From Camelus dromedarius (lineage: Eukaryota), in NCBI RefSeq assembly GCF_036321535.1, contig NC_087438.1, forward strand, positions 2,606,001 through 2,670,000: a stretch of 64,000 nucleotides of DNA, given 5' to 3'. Made by a program: the position numbers and the translations under genes. The notes beneath the pieces were generated by a model. It did not search any database. It saw only the letters and a program-made list of their open reading frames with translations, and was not told where the DNA came from. Shown here piece by piece: positions 1-10,908 of the stretch (position 1 is its first letter; each line of letters begins with the position of its first letter).

Positions 1-254
1 AACAGCCCTTTCATTTTCAATGAATTGATATTCCTGTTGGTTATATGTGGTCATAGACTAATGAGTTGGTAAATATTCTATATTCTGCACCCCCAGTGGG
101 TGAGTGAACTCTCTGTTCTTGAACTGAAAAATTTCCCAACTTCAAACTTCTCATCTCCAGTTCCAAGCTGTTCCACAGTCTTCAAGAGGGAAGTCTGTTC
201 TGTGCTCAGGCCTGAGTGAGATGAAGTAGGTGGTCTGACAAAAGTCAGTTAAAG

Positions 255-362
255 AGGACCTGATGGATGAGCTAGACAGACAGGTGACAGACGGATGGAC
301 GAACAGACAGGCACAGAGAAAAAGAAATAGATGCACAAATGATAGATAGACAGTAGGTGGAT
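255..362. repeat. Degenerate (GACA/GATA/GGAT)n low-complexity tetranucleotide tract
   Basis: Runs such as gacagacag, gacggatggac and gatagatagacag are visible. Confidence 0.7.
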
Positions 363-3300
363 TCATCCTGAGAAGGGGGCGGCCCCGTCATCAGTCTTCG
401 GTCCTTGAGATTTGTGCCACTAAGGAGACACGTCCACTCTAATATTTATCTAGAATCATTTTTATTCTCTATTTTTAAACTACAAGATGCACTTCTTTGA
501 AAAATTACCCACTTTGGTGATGCACACTTGAGCCATTTACAAGGCATCGCCGCCTCTCGTTGAGGATGTCGGGCCCCAGACGCCCTCCAGCGCCGCCCAT
601 TCCCCATCCCAGGAGGCAGGATGCATCATCTCACACTGTGCACAGGCATAGCGCTAGAACATGCAAAGGCTTTTCCAGCCCAGGCTTGCAGATCCATTTT
701 CAGTGCGATCTGATATTTGAAGTCTTGAAAGAAATACATAAACAGCAAACGGCCTGGTCACAGACATTTATCCTCTGTCCTGACATACGCAAAGCGATAT
801 TGTTTCAGTAATAAAAGGCCAGACTGAAAGCTGGACTGTAAAGATGAAACATTTGAGAAAAGATGCCCAAATAGGGGGCGACCACAAAGAAATAGAGCCG
901 GTGTTTTCCAAGCAGTGGGAGGGCTCGCCTGGAGGGAGCTCGGGCGCGCTCTGTGACCCGCCGCTAGAAGCCTGCTGTTTTCCATTCATCTTGTGATATT
1001 TGGCCACCCAGCCACGGGCTCACCGTGTGACTGATCGCAAGTCTAAACTGAGGACTGAATGCTCTCAAATTGCCAGTCAGGGTCCCTTCAAACAGGGGTG
1101 TTTCTCTGTGTGCACAAAGCTGTATGTCACATCAGCGCCTCCAGGTAAGAGTCCTTTTGTTTTACCGACGGGAAGGTTGTGCCCTGGGGAACAGGAAGAC
1201 ACCCGAGGCAGGGCACACAGCTGAAATCCCCGTGTGGCCCCTGAGAGGCGCCCCGTCACTACCTCTCCAACCTGCAGTATCACCCCAAGGCTGGGCTATG
1301 AACCCCACAGCACAGGCTTCAGGGAGGCCCCCACGAGCAGAAACCCTAAACGACTAGGTCAGAGAGTGTCAGAGGGTGATGGACCCCCCCACGATGGCCC
1401 TGGGGAGCCAGGAAGCAGGTCTTCTGTGTGGCCCCATCCAGCGGGCACCAGATTTAAATCCATTGGCCATCAATGCCCTGGGTCAGTGGCGGACTTCCAC
1501 ACGTGGGCACAGGAGAGAGAGGCGGGGACCCACCAAGACTCCTAGTGTGGCCATCCAGCGCGTGCCCCACTGCCCTCCGTGACAGGGACTGGAGGAGACG
1601 CTGGGTAGGGGCAGGCCAGGGGGAGGCGCATCCAAGAACACGGCGGGTGCAGAGCTGGGAGCCAGTCCGGAGGCGGGGCGGGTGTTCCGGCCAAGGTCAT
1701 CCCTTTTGCTTCTATCAAGACTCGAGTCATCAAAGACCCTTTGCACCTCTTACTTGTTGGATGTAAAAGTCCTATGACTTTTATGTCCAGATTTCAAATG
1801 CCAGCGGGGCTGAGGCAGGCAGAACAGGAACTGGTCACCAGGAGGGAACTTCCACATGGGCTGGGCGCTCATGGGGACGGGGTCAGCAAGCTGCCAGCTC
1901 CCAGCAGCACCACCTCCCCAGACAGGGTCTCCCACCTCTCTGCCTGTCATCTCCCCACTGGCAGCCTGGAGGCCCCGGTGTATTTAGGTATCTTGGTAAC
2001 GATGAGGTATCAGTTCTGCCAGCAAACAGACTCTCACGGGCTTTTATTTACTTATTATTTTTGTCCTTGTCCAGGACAACCCTCCTTGAGCACAGAGATG
2101 AGACCATGGTCGGGAGAACCTGCAGAGTATCTGTAACTGTTTGAAGCTCTAGCACCACTGTTAATGTCACGCTGGAAACTTGAATTGCGGGCACAGCAGG
2201 CCCTCCTGTGGGTTCTGCGGCTTCTGCCCCCTGAAGAGCGTTGCAGGTTTAACTGCAGTCCATACTTGATTTTGTGTAACCGCACGTGGGTCCACATTCC
2301 CTAAGAAACGGATGTTTGGGGCAACAGCGGAAGAAAAGGCCCCTGCACTTCTGCCTCCCAGGCTTGCACTGTTGTTGCTGAAAACCTAGCGTTTTTGTCT
2401 CCAGCAATCCTTCCTCCATTCAAGATGGTCGGATCCTGCACGTCGGTGGGATGTCCTCCCGCAGGCCCCAATCAGCATCAGGAGCGAGCCGGGATGCTGA
2501 CTCCAGCCGGGTTGGGCCCCGGGCCCTGGCTGGCGGAGGCGCCAGTCACCCGGAGGGCAGACCAGGTGTGCACGCAGCGGCCCAGGTGAGAACACGTGGC
2601 TGGCGAGTCAGCCCGGCCAGGTCCGGAGAGGAGGGAAAGGTGGCAGGAGGCCTGGGCAGAAGCGCGGACTCTGTAGGGGCCAGGCAGAAGGCAGAAGTAG
2701 CTGTATCTGCTGGATTTCTTGGTCCGGAGAATGTTCGGCTCCATCCTGTGCAGTCTTAAGAATTGTGTTAAAGGTTTTTCCAGGTCTTAACAAATAAAAA
2801 GCAGCTCGTTAGGAGGAAAAAGGCTGCTTGGTAAGGAGCAGAGGTCCCTGGGAAACTCAGCAGACATCTCCTCTTGGCTTCATCCCATCACAGTCACCCA
2901 GGCAATTGCAAAATCATGTGTCCGAGCTATCAGACAAGGCGAAATTAAAATTCACATCCAAGCAGACTGTCTTTTAACAAACATTATATATGTGTCTACC
3001 AGACACCGGGCAGAGGACCACAGAGAGCACCCCCACCACCTTGCTCTCCCGAACCGTTTGTCAGAAGGAAAGGCCTTCAGGGAACATCCAATGTTTCAGG
3101 AAGATTCTTAGTAAAACCCCGAGCAGGTGAAAGGAAGAAGAAAGGCAGTAAGCGGCCACTGAGCTGGAGTGATTTACTCTGAGTCATGACGCACCAAGGG
3201 CTGTTGGCGCGCCGCTCTTACAGGGATTGCCAGCTTCCCGTTTCCCCCGGAAGGAGCTCCTGCTTTCCTTCAGAATTCCTTGCTCTTATCTGGAACATTA

Positions 3301-3712
3301 AAAAGGAGGGGAGGATACTTTTTAAATGAATGAAAAGATGATCTCATGATTGATTCATCCTCCAACGTGAGTGCTTCTGATTTAGACAGAGAGGCTCAAA
3401 GAAAGACAAAATGGAAGAAAGTTGTTCGTAGCCAGGATACGCGTGGCCTTTTTGGTGAAGGGACACAGGCGACGGTCCCGGGCCCCTTACTCGCCTTCCT
3501 CTCTCCCACCCGAAGGTCTCTGCTGTGTGACAAAGACTAAGAGGACAGCCCCGTCCCCAAGGCCCTGGCCCACTCGGCCCGGCGGCGCCCCCACTCCCGC
3601 AGTCCCCCAGGCGCAAACCTGTCACTTCCTGCCACAAACAGGGTCACCTCTCCCTGGCTCTCTCCTGAGCCCTGCTGTTCAACGCTGTTGAATGATGATG
3701 GGGTCATGAATT

Positions 3713-3759
3713 AAAAAAAAAAAAAAGAAGAAGAAGAAGAAGAAGAAGAAGAAGAAGAA
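3713..3759 (+). repeat. A14 tract followed by (GAA)11 microsatellite
   Basis: A run at 3713-3726, then 11 uninterrupted GAA units at 3727-3759. Confidence 0.97.
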
Positions 3760-3819
3760 ATTAAGTGCCGCAACAAGAAGCAAATAAAAGGGGGGGCGGG
3801 TGTGGGAGAAAATTGCCCC

Positions 3820-4560
3820 TGAAGAATGTGAGAAAGATAAATAGGGCCGGCACTTTGTTGCATTGTCAGGAGCACTCTGGGGTTATTTGAAGCTCTTATT
3901 TATGCTCTGTAAGCAGAACAATGCCGGAGAAGAAATGATTAAATACCGGCTTGGCGAGCCGCAGACATCTCATTGTGGCGCGGGCTCACCACTGGGTGGT
4001 TTTGATAAAGGAATATGAGTTGATAACTGATACAGTTTGCCAGGGAGTCATCTGGGGCTGCTGACAGCTCCGGAGCTTTAATAAAATCATTAGAATGTAA
4101 ATGTTTTTATTGCGGAATAAAAAGCCTCCAGCGAAGTTGACACCGCTCTCCCTCTGCTGAATGGGAGCCCCGATTAGCATTCAAATGATAGCATGATAGG
4201 CTGGTTATCTTTATTAAAATTTTTCAAATCGAGTCTTCATTTTGCATGATTGAGTTTTAAACAAATGCAATATCCAGTCGGCTGGTGAGCTGGCCTGAAC
4301 ACTCCCGAAATAATTAAAGTGTTCCTTTTATTTTTTTCCAACACGTGTTTCATAAGAAATGAATTGGATTTGCTATTTTAATATGACAATATCTAGTTAG
4401 CTTTGCATAAAAACAGGGATGTTATAGCATAATTATTGAAAGTGTACAGCTTTTAAACATATGTTTCATAAAGCTGAATTCAATTTTGTGAAATATGACA
4501 ATGCCAGTCACTTGGTGAAGGGGAAAATCAAGAGATGGCTTGATTATTGAGATCAATCCC
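3820..4560. promoter_or_regulatory. Candidate conserved non-coding element / developmental enhancer
   Basis: Repeat-free AT-rich block in GC-rich surroundings. It has six WGATAR sites (3835, 4003, 4021, 4186, 4194, 4205rc), SOX-like CATTGT/AACAAT, several TGACA, TAATTA and TTTAT homeodomain cores. Conservation is inferred, not tested. Confidence 0.5.
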
Positions 4561-5031
4561 ACAAAAGTCTTCAAAATTGACGGCAGCCCACGGGGCGGCA
4601 GAGGAGGTGTTTCCAGAGGAAGGGAGTCTCTCTTCCCTGAACATTTTACACTGACCCCCGACTCTGACGGAAGAAAGGGCTTCAGTGTAGGCTTGGATCA
4701 CAGGTTCTTGGCCACCGAGACATCGATTACCCAGAACAAACGAAATCCTCATTAAGAGCTGGGAGAGTCTTGGGTGCGCGTGAGCAAAGCGGCATTGTCT
4801 TGCAGAGGAATCATTTATCAGCAGAAGGCGGCCCGGGTCCATCTCACGGCCCGTCACTAGCCATCCTCTGCCCTGAGTCTGGGTGTCATGTCTCCCCACT
4901 GGCCATTCTTAGACGTCACATTCTGTTACAGACTCAGCTATTAATAGTAAGATTACCTTGGGTGGTTCTTGGTTATAAAAAATTGAGAAAATCAAAAGAA
5001 GAAATATTCCTTAAAAGTGTGTCCCTGAAAT

Positions 5032-5252
5032 TTGCAGATACACACTGCTAGACATAAACAGATAAACAACAAGGGCCTACTGTACGGCACAGGGAACTGG
5101 ATTCAATACCTCGAAATAGAGTATAATGAAAAAGAATATGAAAAGGAATAAATACATGTATATGTGTGTATATGTATGTGTAACAGAATCACTGTGCTGT
5201 GTGCCAGAAACAAACACAAACCGTAAACCAGCTGTACTTTGATTAAAAAAAA
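5032..5252 (+). mobile_element. LINE-1 3' UTR fragment, 5'-truncated, with TSD
   Basis: Typical artiodactyl-type L1 end (agataaacaacaagg-cctactgta..gcacagggaact ... gaatcactgtgctgt ... actttgattaaaaaaaa). Flanking near-direct repeats AAAAGTGTGTCCCTGAAAT (5013-5031) and AAAAGTCAATCCCTGGAAT (5249-5267); TT/AAAA endonuclease site at 5011-5016. Confidence 0.9.
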
Positions 5253-5700
5253 GTCAATCCCTGGAATGACTGGGGAATATCCTAGGCAGGCAGCTCCGGC
5301 GCTGACCTCCTTTAAGGGAAGACAGCGGAAGGGCTGACGGAACGCGGCTTGTCCGCTTGGTAGAGCGGGGAAGGGGCCGCACTGCTCCGCTTTGACATGA
5401 GCTGATTTTGCTTTTAGGCTGTTTTTTGTTTTGTTTTGTTTTTTCTTTTTTTTTTTTCCTGAGATTAAAAAAATATATATACTGAGATAAATGACAATGT
5501 ATTTTTCTCAACCTATATCACCATATTAGCAGACTCTAAATTTTATAATAGTATCTCTCTAACCAGGGTATAAGTTACAAATCAGATGATTTCAACTGAT
5601 AAGCAAATGCATATTGGCTAGTATGACGAATTGAGGTAAGGTCAATATGTATATAGTAAGATGAGAGTTTAGAAAAATTTGGCTTTAGTTTCTTTAAGTG

Positions 5701-5922
5701 TTTTACTGAAGCGTAGTTGCTTTACAATGCTAGTTTCAGGTGCACAGCAGAGTGGTTCAGCTGTACATACACATACACATATATAAATATGCGGGGAGGG
5801 TAAACTGGGGGTGGGGATTAGCAGACACAGTGCTGTGTATAAAGTAAACAACAAGACCTGCTGTGGAGCACAGGGAACTGTGGTCAGGTTCTTGTAATAA
5901 CGTATAATGGAAAAGAATCTGA
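5701..5922 (-). mobile_element. LINE-1 3' end with 5' inversion
   Basis: 5701-5790 is the extreme L1 3' end on the minus strand. 5793-5922 is the normally adjacent upstream 3' UTR segment, on the plus strand. Confidence 0.85.
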
Positions 5923-6519
5923 CATTAGATTCTGAACTGGCGCGCATGCCCACCTTAATCTTTCAGAGCAACAGAATATATAGATTGTATGTTAAACATG
6001 CAAATTGAAACAAGCATTTTTCCCACCAAATCACTATCACAGAGAAGAGGTATTGGTTGTCAATGCAGAAAATAATTCTTTCCAAATATCCTCAAAATGA
6101 CAGGTTAGCATTTTGGAGCTGTAGGCATCATAGAAGAATTCTTAATAACATTGCAAAGACAGACCCGTGGAAGCACAGAACCGTGTGCCCAGAAACAGCC
6201 TGTCATCCCGACTGAAGAACAGCTGGCTTGGCCAGCCTGGTACTTCTGCCTTGGAGATAGACGGCAAGGGCCAGGGATGGTGAGCGTTCAGGGACAAGTC
6301 TGGTCCTTCGGGGCAGGACCTTCAGAAAGGGCTCCCCTGCATGTCGGCAACTCAAATGTAGACTGAGGAACAAAGATCTGACTTGATAAGGTGAAAAATG
6401 ACCCTCCTTGTAAAAGTTTGACGGTGATGGAGGAACTGAAAGTTGAAACGAAAACCACAACTTTAAAATAGGCAGCAGAATGTGGTGCAAAACAGATAAA
6501 CACTAGCTAAACACCATGG

Positions 6520-6860
6520 TACCCATCACCCCCTATCTGAGCTCAGAACCCTTAACCCCAGTGTGCTTGGAGCCCATGTTCCAGGGTCAGACCTCAAGCT
6601 GGTGGACAAGCAACTCTGCTTGGAAACATGTCTTCTAAAATAAGAACAGAGATTGTTCCAGTGACACCTGGGTTTACAAATTCCGAGTCTTCCCTGCCAA
6701 GATAGCCTATGAGTAATTTTGTTCTCTAAACCATATTTGTAGCCTTTTCTAAAAATCTCCTTCTGGGTTCCCTGTAGTCATGTCCCTCGCAGCAGCAAGT
6801 AACACGCCTGTTGCAACTGACTGCAGGTGGCCTTTGACTGATGACCTTTGGTGTGAATCT
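6520..6860 (+). mobile_element. Possible degraded ERV LTR
   Basis: The end (ttccctgtagtcatgtccctcgcagcagcaagtaacacgcctg...ctgcaggtggcctttgactgatg) resembles recalled ERV1-class LTR R/U5 ends. Boundaries uncertain. Confidence 0.35.
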
Positions 6861-7524
6861 TATTTTGGGGAGCCTGAATTCTTCCTATTTTCTGAGAGTC
6901 TTAGGGGAGGAAATGTCCACAAATGACCTGGAATTCAGAAAGGACCCCTCTGACCCACGGGAGAAGAGAACCCAGCCTGCCGCCCACTGAGGTCAGACAC
7001 TGCTCTGACTCCAAGGGCCTCGGACCTGGGTAAACTCCAGGTCAGGGGAGGAGGGGCTGTCACCGTCAACTGTAGGTACAAGACATTTCTCCAAAAGGGC
7101 TCTCAGCCCCTGGTGGGACACTGCTGCTTTTTGCTCAAGCTGTTTCTGAGAACAGGGTGCCGAGCCATGTGCTGCAGAAGATGCTCAGGATGGAAGAGAC
7201 CCCTGACTTCAAGGCCAGAGAGGAAATACACAGAGACCCGGGCGTGGTGTGGGTCCCTCCTGGAGGTGCTACAGAGAACAGTCACTGTGGCCTGCAGGGC
7301 ACTGAGGCAACCACGCCCAGCAACGCACGACTAAAGAGGGAGAAAGGAAAGATGGCTCATGTTGGCCAACTGTCCGTCCAGTCTTTTCCCTAACAGACCA
7401 TGTACCCGAGCGCAGCGCTCTTAGGTACCTACCTCCACCTGACACCCGATGTGCCAGTCAGGGTTTCAGGGACTTATTATCTGTGGTTCTTAGTTCTTCT
7501 GAGAGCTTTTCCTATTATTTCCTT

Positions 7525-7930
7525 CTTTCTTTAATCATTTGACTTTTATCTGGCCATATTTTGAGAGCTGCATTTTATTTGATTGATATTGACCCCTGCT
7601 GGGCTAATGATGGTTCATATTTTAATTAGGACGTTTTAATCACAAATGTCAGGGTGTGACTTACTTTAGTGCAATGGCTGTTCTATCAGTCATTTTACGT
7701 TACAAGTACAACAAAGAAGTGAGTGAAAACATCAGGAGACATGACCCAGGTCTCTCACCTGTGTCAGAGTTTCAGGTTTCCTCCCTTTGGCATTTCCCAT
7801 CTTGGAAACTCGTGTCATGGTAACGGCGTGGTCTGTACCAATTCAATATTTTATTTTCAGTTTTTTAAATTGTTCAGTTTCAGAGTAGAACCAAGTCTTG
7901 GGTGTGAATATTTTGCTGCCAAAAATGGAA
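7525..7930. promoter_or_regulatory. Candidate enhancer-like AT-rich block
   Basis: PBX-type TGATTGAT at 7580-7587, TAATTA/TAAT cores, TGTCA sites and an RFX-like half site CATGGTAAC. No repeat similarity seen. Confidence 0.35.
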
Positions 7931-10359
7931 AGAAAAACGACAGGAGCGCTGCCAGGCCCGCCGTGGGTCACACTACAACCTGGAGAGTGTGAGTCACTCA
8001 ACGCCATGCACCTGGTGCAGAGAGAAAGCAAGGGGGCACAGAGAGAGGAAGGAAGGCTCGCAGAGGCAGGAGCCTCTCCTCCAGCAGGAAAGACGCCCAC
8101 CACCTGCAGGCTCTTCTCTTCACACAAAAGCGAGGTTATCACAAGAGGATTCAACTTAGCAAGGGAGGTACCAGCTCTCAGCTTCATCCACTGCTTGCCC
8201 CCTCCTCATCCAGCTGCGTGGCTGTGGGTACCACTGGGATGACAGGCCTCACGTGGACCGCAGGAGCACAGCCCCTTCATCCAGGAGGTGCCGCAGGAAT
8301 GCGCTCACAGACCAGGGGCCTGGGCAAGAAAAACCATCAACATTCTGGTCAACAATAAGAATCTATGATTATTCTCAACAGAAACTCCCAACGTTGTCAA
8401 CTTGTGCTTTATTTCAGCAAATGCTGGTGAGTCGACATCTTCTTGAGCCTGCGAACAGAAGGGAAGCCACACAAATGCACACCTGGCCTTGGAAGGCGGA
8501 GAGCATCGCGTGTGTCCTGTCTCAGGGCAAGGCGACCCGTAACTCGCTGCGATGTCTCACTGTATCTGATTTTTTCTGTTTCCACACATGATCACCAGAC
8601 ATTTGAGTCTGAAATCGGCAAGTATCACCACGTGCAGGAGGTACGTGTTCAACCCCATTTCTCAGTCTTGCAAGAAAGACTCTAACAAGAAAAGCCCAAT
8701 TCTCCTACCTGAGCCCCAGGCCTCCTGCCAGCGAGTGTCAGAGTTTCCATCCTGATGTTATCAATCGCTGGCAATCTCGGAAGGACAACACAAAGCAAAT
8801 TGCCAGGAGAAGGTGGAACTTTTGTTTTTTTGCCTCTCCAGCAGCTGGACTTGGGGAAGAAGACAGGCATGAAATTTGTGGGTAGATCTGTTTCAGCACT
8901 GGCAAGAACTACCAACTGTGTAATCCGGTTTCAAGAGGGGATTTCTCTTTATCTTAATAACTAGTGAAATGGGTGGACCTCGAATTTCATTTCAGTTTGG
9001 AAACACGCCCGACCTTTTGGAGATGTTTATTCCAAACTCAGCCAACTATATAAACCTCTCCAGGCTCTGGGAATCTTTCTGGGAATTGCACCAAAGCAGA
9101 TTCTTGGTGAGATTTCTAATACTTCCGGCTTCTGGAACAGCCTCCCTCCTAATCCTTCAGTAATTCAGCATCTAACTCAGACCAGAAGAAAGAACACAGA
9201 CAACTCTGGAGAACGAAATAGTGAACCTGCAAGAACGCATGTGTAAACTTCAATAAAGTTCCCAGGAAGTTCTAACTGCATCCAAGTCACACATCCCTCT
9301 CTAACAACTTCAGGGACATTCTTGTCCTGGTGTTTACGAGCTTAAACCTCAAAGCACTAGGAAAAGACCACACCCCGGCGTGGCCAGATTATTCCGAACA
9401 AGGAAGGCTGTGAATAAGTAGGAGCCCCAAGATTCGGTTGCTGTTTTTGCAAAGTGTCTCTTCACCTTCTGCAATCTTTTCCAGTCCCGGAGATAAGCGA
9501 TCCTATCCAGCCTGCCCCGTTCCCCGGGGACATTCGCTTTGTCATGTGGAAAGGAATATTAAAACCACACTCTGCATGTCAGTCACTTCCCCTGACAGCC
9601 AAGTTCAGGCTTATTTGCCAGACCTGTGCTTAATTTTGAGGTGTTTTCAAATACTTAATTGTGTCCAAAGACAGAAGAATGTTGCAAGTGCAAAGTTGCC
9701 CAAGTACCAGTGAAGATGGAGTTTACGTAACTGGAAGTGGCAAAGAAGCAGACATGTCCTGCAAGGCAGGGATGGATCCCTGGGCCATGCAGACGGATCT
9801 GAAGGTCAGGCTTGGTGCCATGGCATGTGGAGAACTGGGCTGTGCAACCCACGGGATTCGGCAAGAGAGGAGGCTCTGCGTGAGCTGGAGGGGTGCGGGA
9901 GAGGAGGAGGCCACGCCCAGAGCCACCCGTCAGCCCCATCAGTTCCAGGAGCCCAGGCTGCGGAGGGCTGTTCAATCAAGTGCTCCCAGGGGCCGCAGGT
10001 CCCTCCACTCCACTCACCATCCAGCTGGTGGAGAGCATTTCACCAGCTCATCCCGGGACCCGCCTGGGACCCTGGGGAGATTTGCAAGGCGTCTCAGTGG
10101 AGGCGAACCGGGATCACTGTGGGGAGAGACCCCAAGGAATGCACATGTGCAAAGAGGAGAGAGCCTTGGCTTCAGGATTCACTGAACAGCCGACACTGTG
10201 TCGACAATGCATCCAGGATGAAACTTGCTATCTTTCTAGTCTCATTGGACTTGTAAAAAAAATACAGCACACACACACGCACGTGCACAGATGGACTTAG
10301 GAAAGGTGTCTGGTTCATCTAGGTTTAAGAAGGGTGTCTGTAAACTTTGAGTCTGGAAT

Positions 10360-10826
10360 ATTTATATGTAACATGCAGTTGACCATTTTTATCGACTTTA
10401 AGTGTGCAATCCGGTGGCATCAAGAGCAGTCACGCTGCTGTGCAGCCGTCACCGTGCCTACCTCCCAACTCTTTACATCTTGCAAAACTGAAACTCTGTT
10501 TCCATTAAACACTAACCCCCCGTCCCCTCCCCCACAGCCCTTAGCAAACACCTTCTACTTTCTGTCTCTGAATTAGACTCCCCTGGGGCCTCATCTGGGC
10601 AGAACCATGCGTTATTTGTCCTTTTGCATCTGGCTTCTTTCACGTAGTGTAATGCTTTCAAGGGTCATTTGTGTTGTAACATGGTTAAGACTTTCATTCC
10701 CTTTTAAGGCTGAATAATATTCCACTGTATGCACATGTAGCACGTTTTTTGAACCATTCATCTGTCGGTAGTTGCTTGAGCTGCTTCCACACTGAGCTTT
10801 TGTGAATAACGCTGCCGTGAATGTTA
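10360..10826 (-). mobile_element. Older L1M (L1MA/L1MB-like) 3' fragment
   Basis: Antisense L1M hallmarks: aaaactgaaactctgt..ccattaaacactaac, ttctactttctgtctctgaa, tggcttctttcac, aaggctgaataatattccactgtatg, tgtgaataacgctgc. Confidence 0.85.
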
Positions 10827-10872
10827 AGGTTTATACACAAAGTTGAACTTCATATCTGCCTCCTGGTCCAAG

Positions 10873-10908
10873 CCCCCGTCCCCGTCCCTGTCCCCGTCCC
10901 TGTCCCCG
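10873..10908. repeat. (CCCYGT)n hexamer tandem repeat, about 6 units
   Basis: ccccgt ccccgt ccctgt ccccgt ccctgt ccccgg read directly. Confidence 0.85.
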
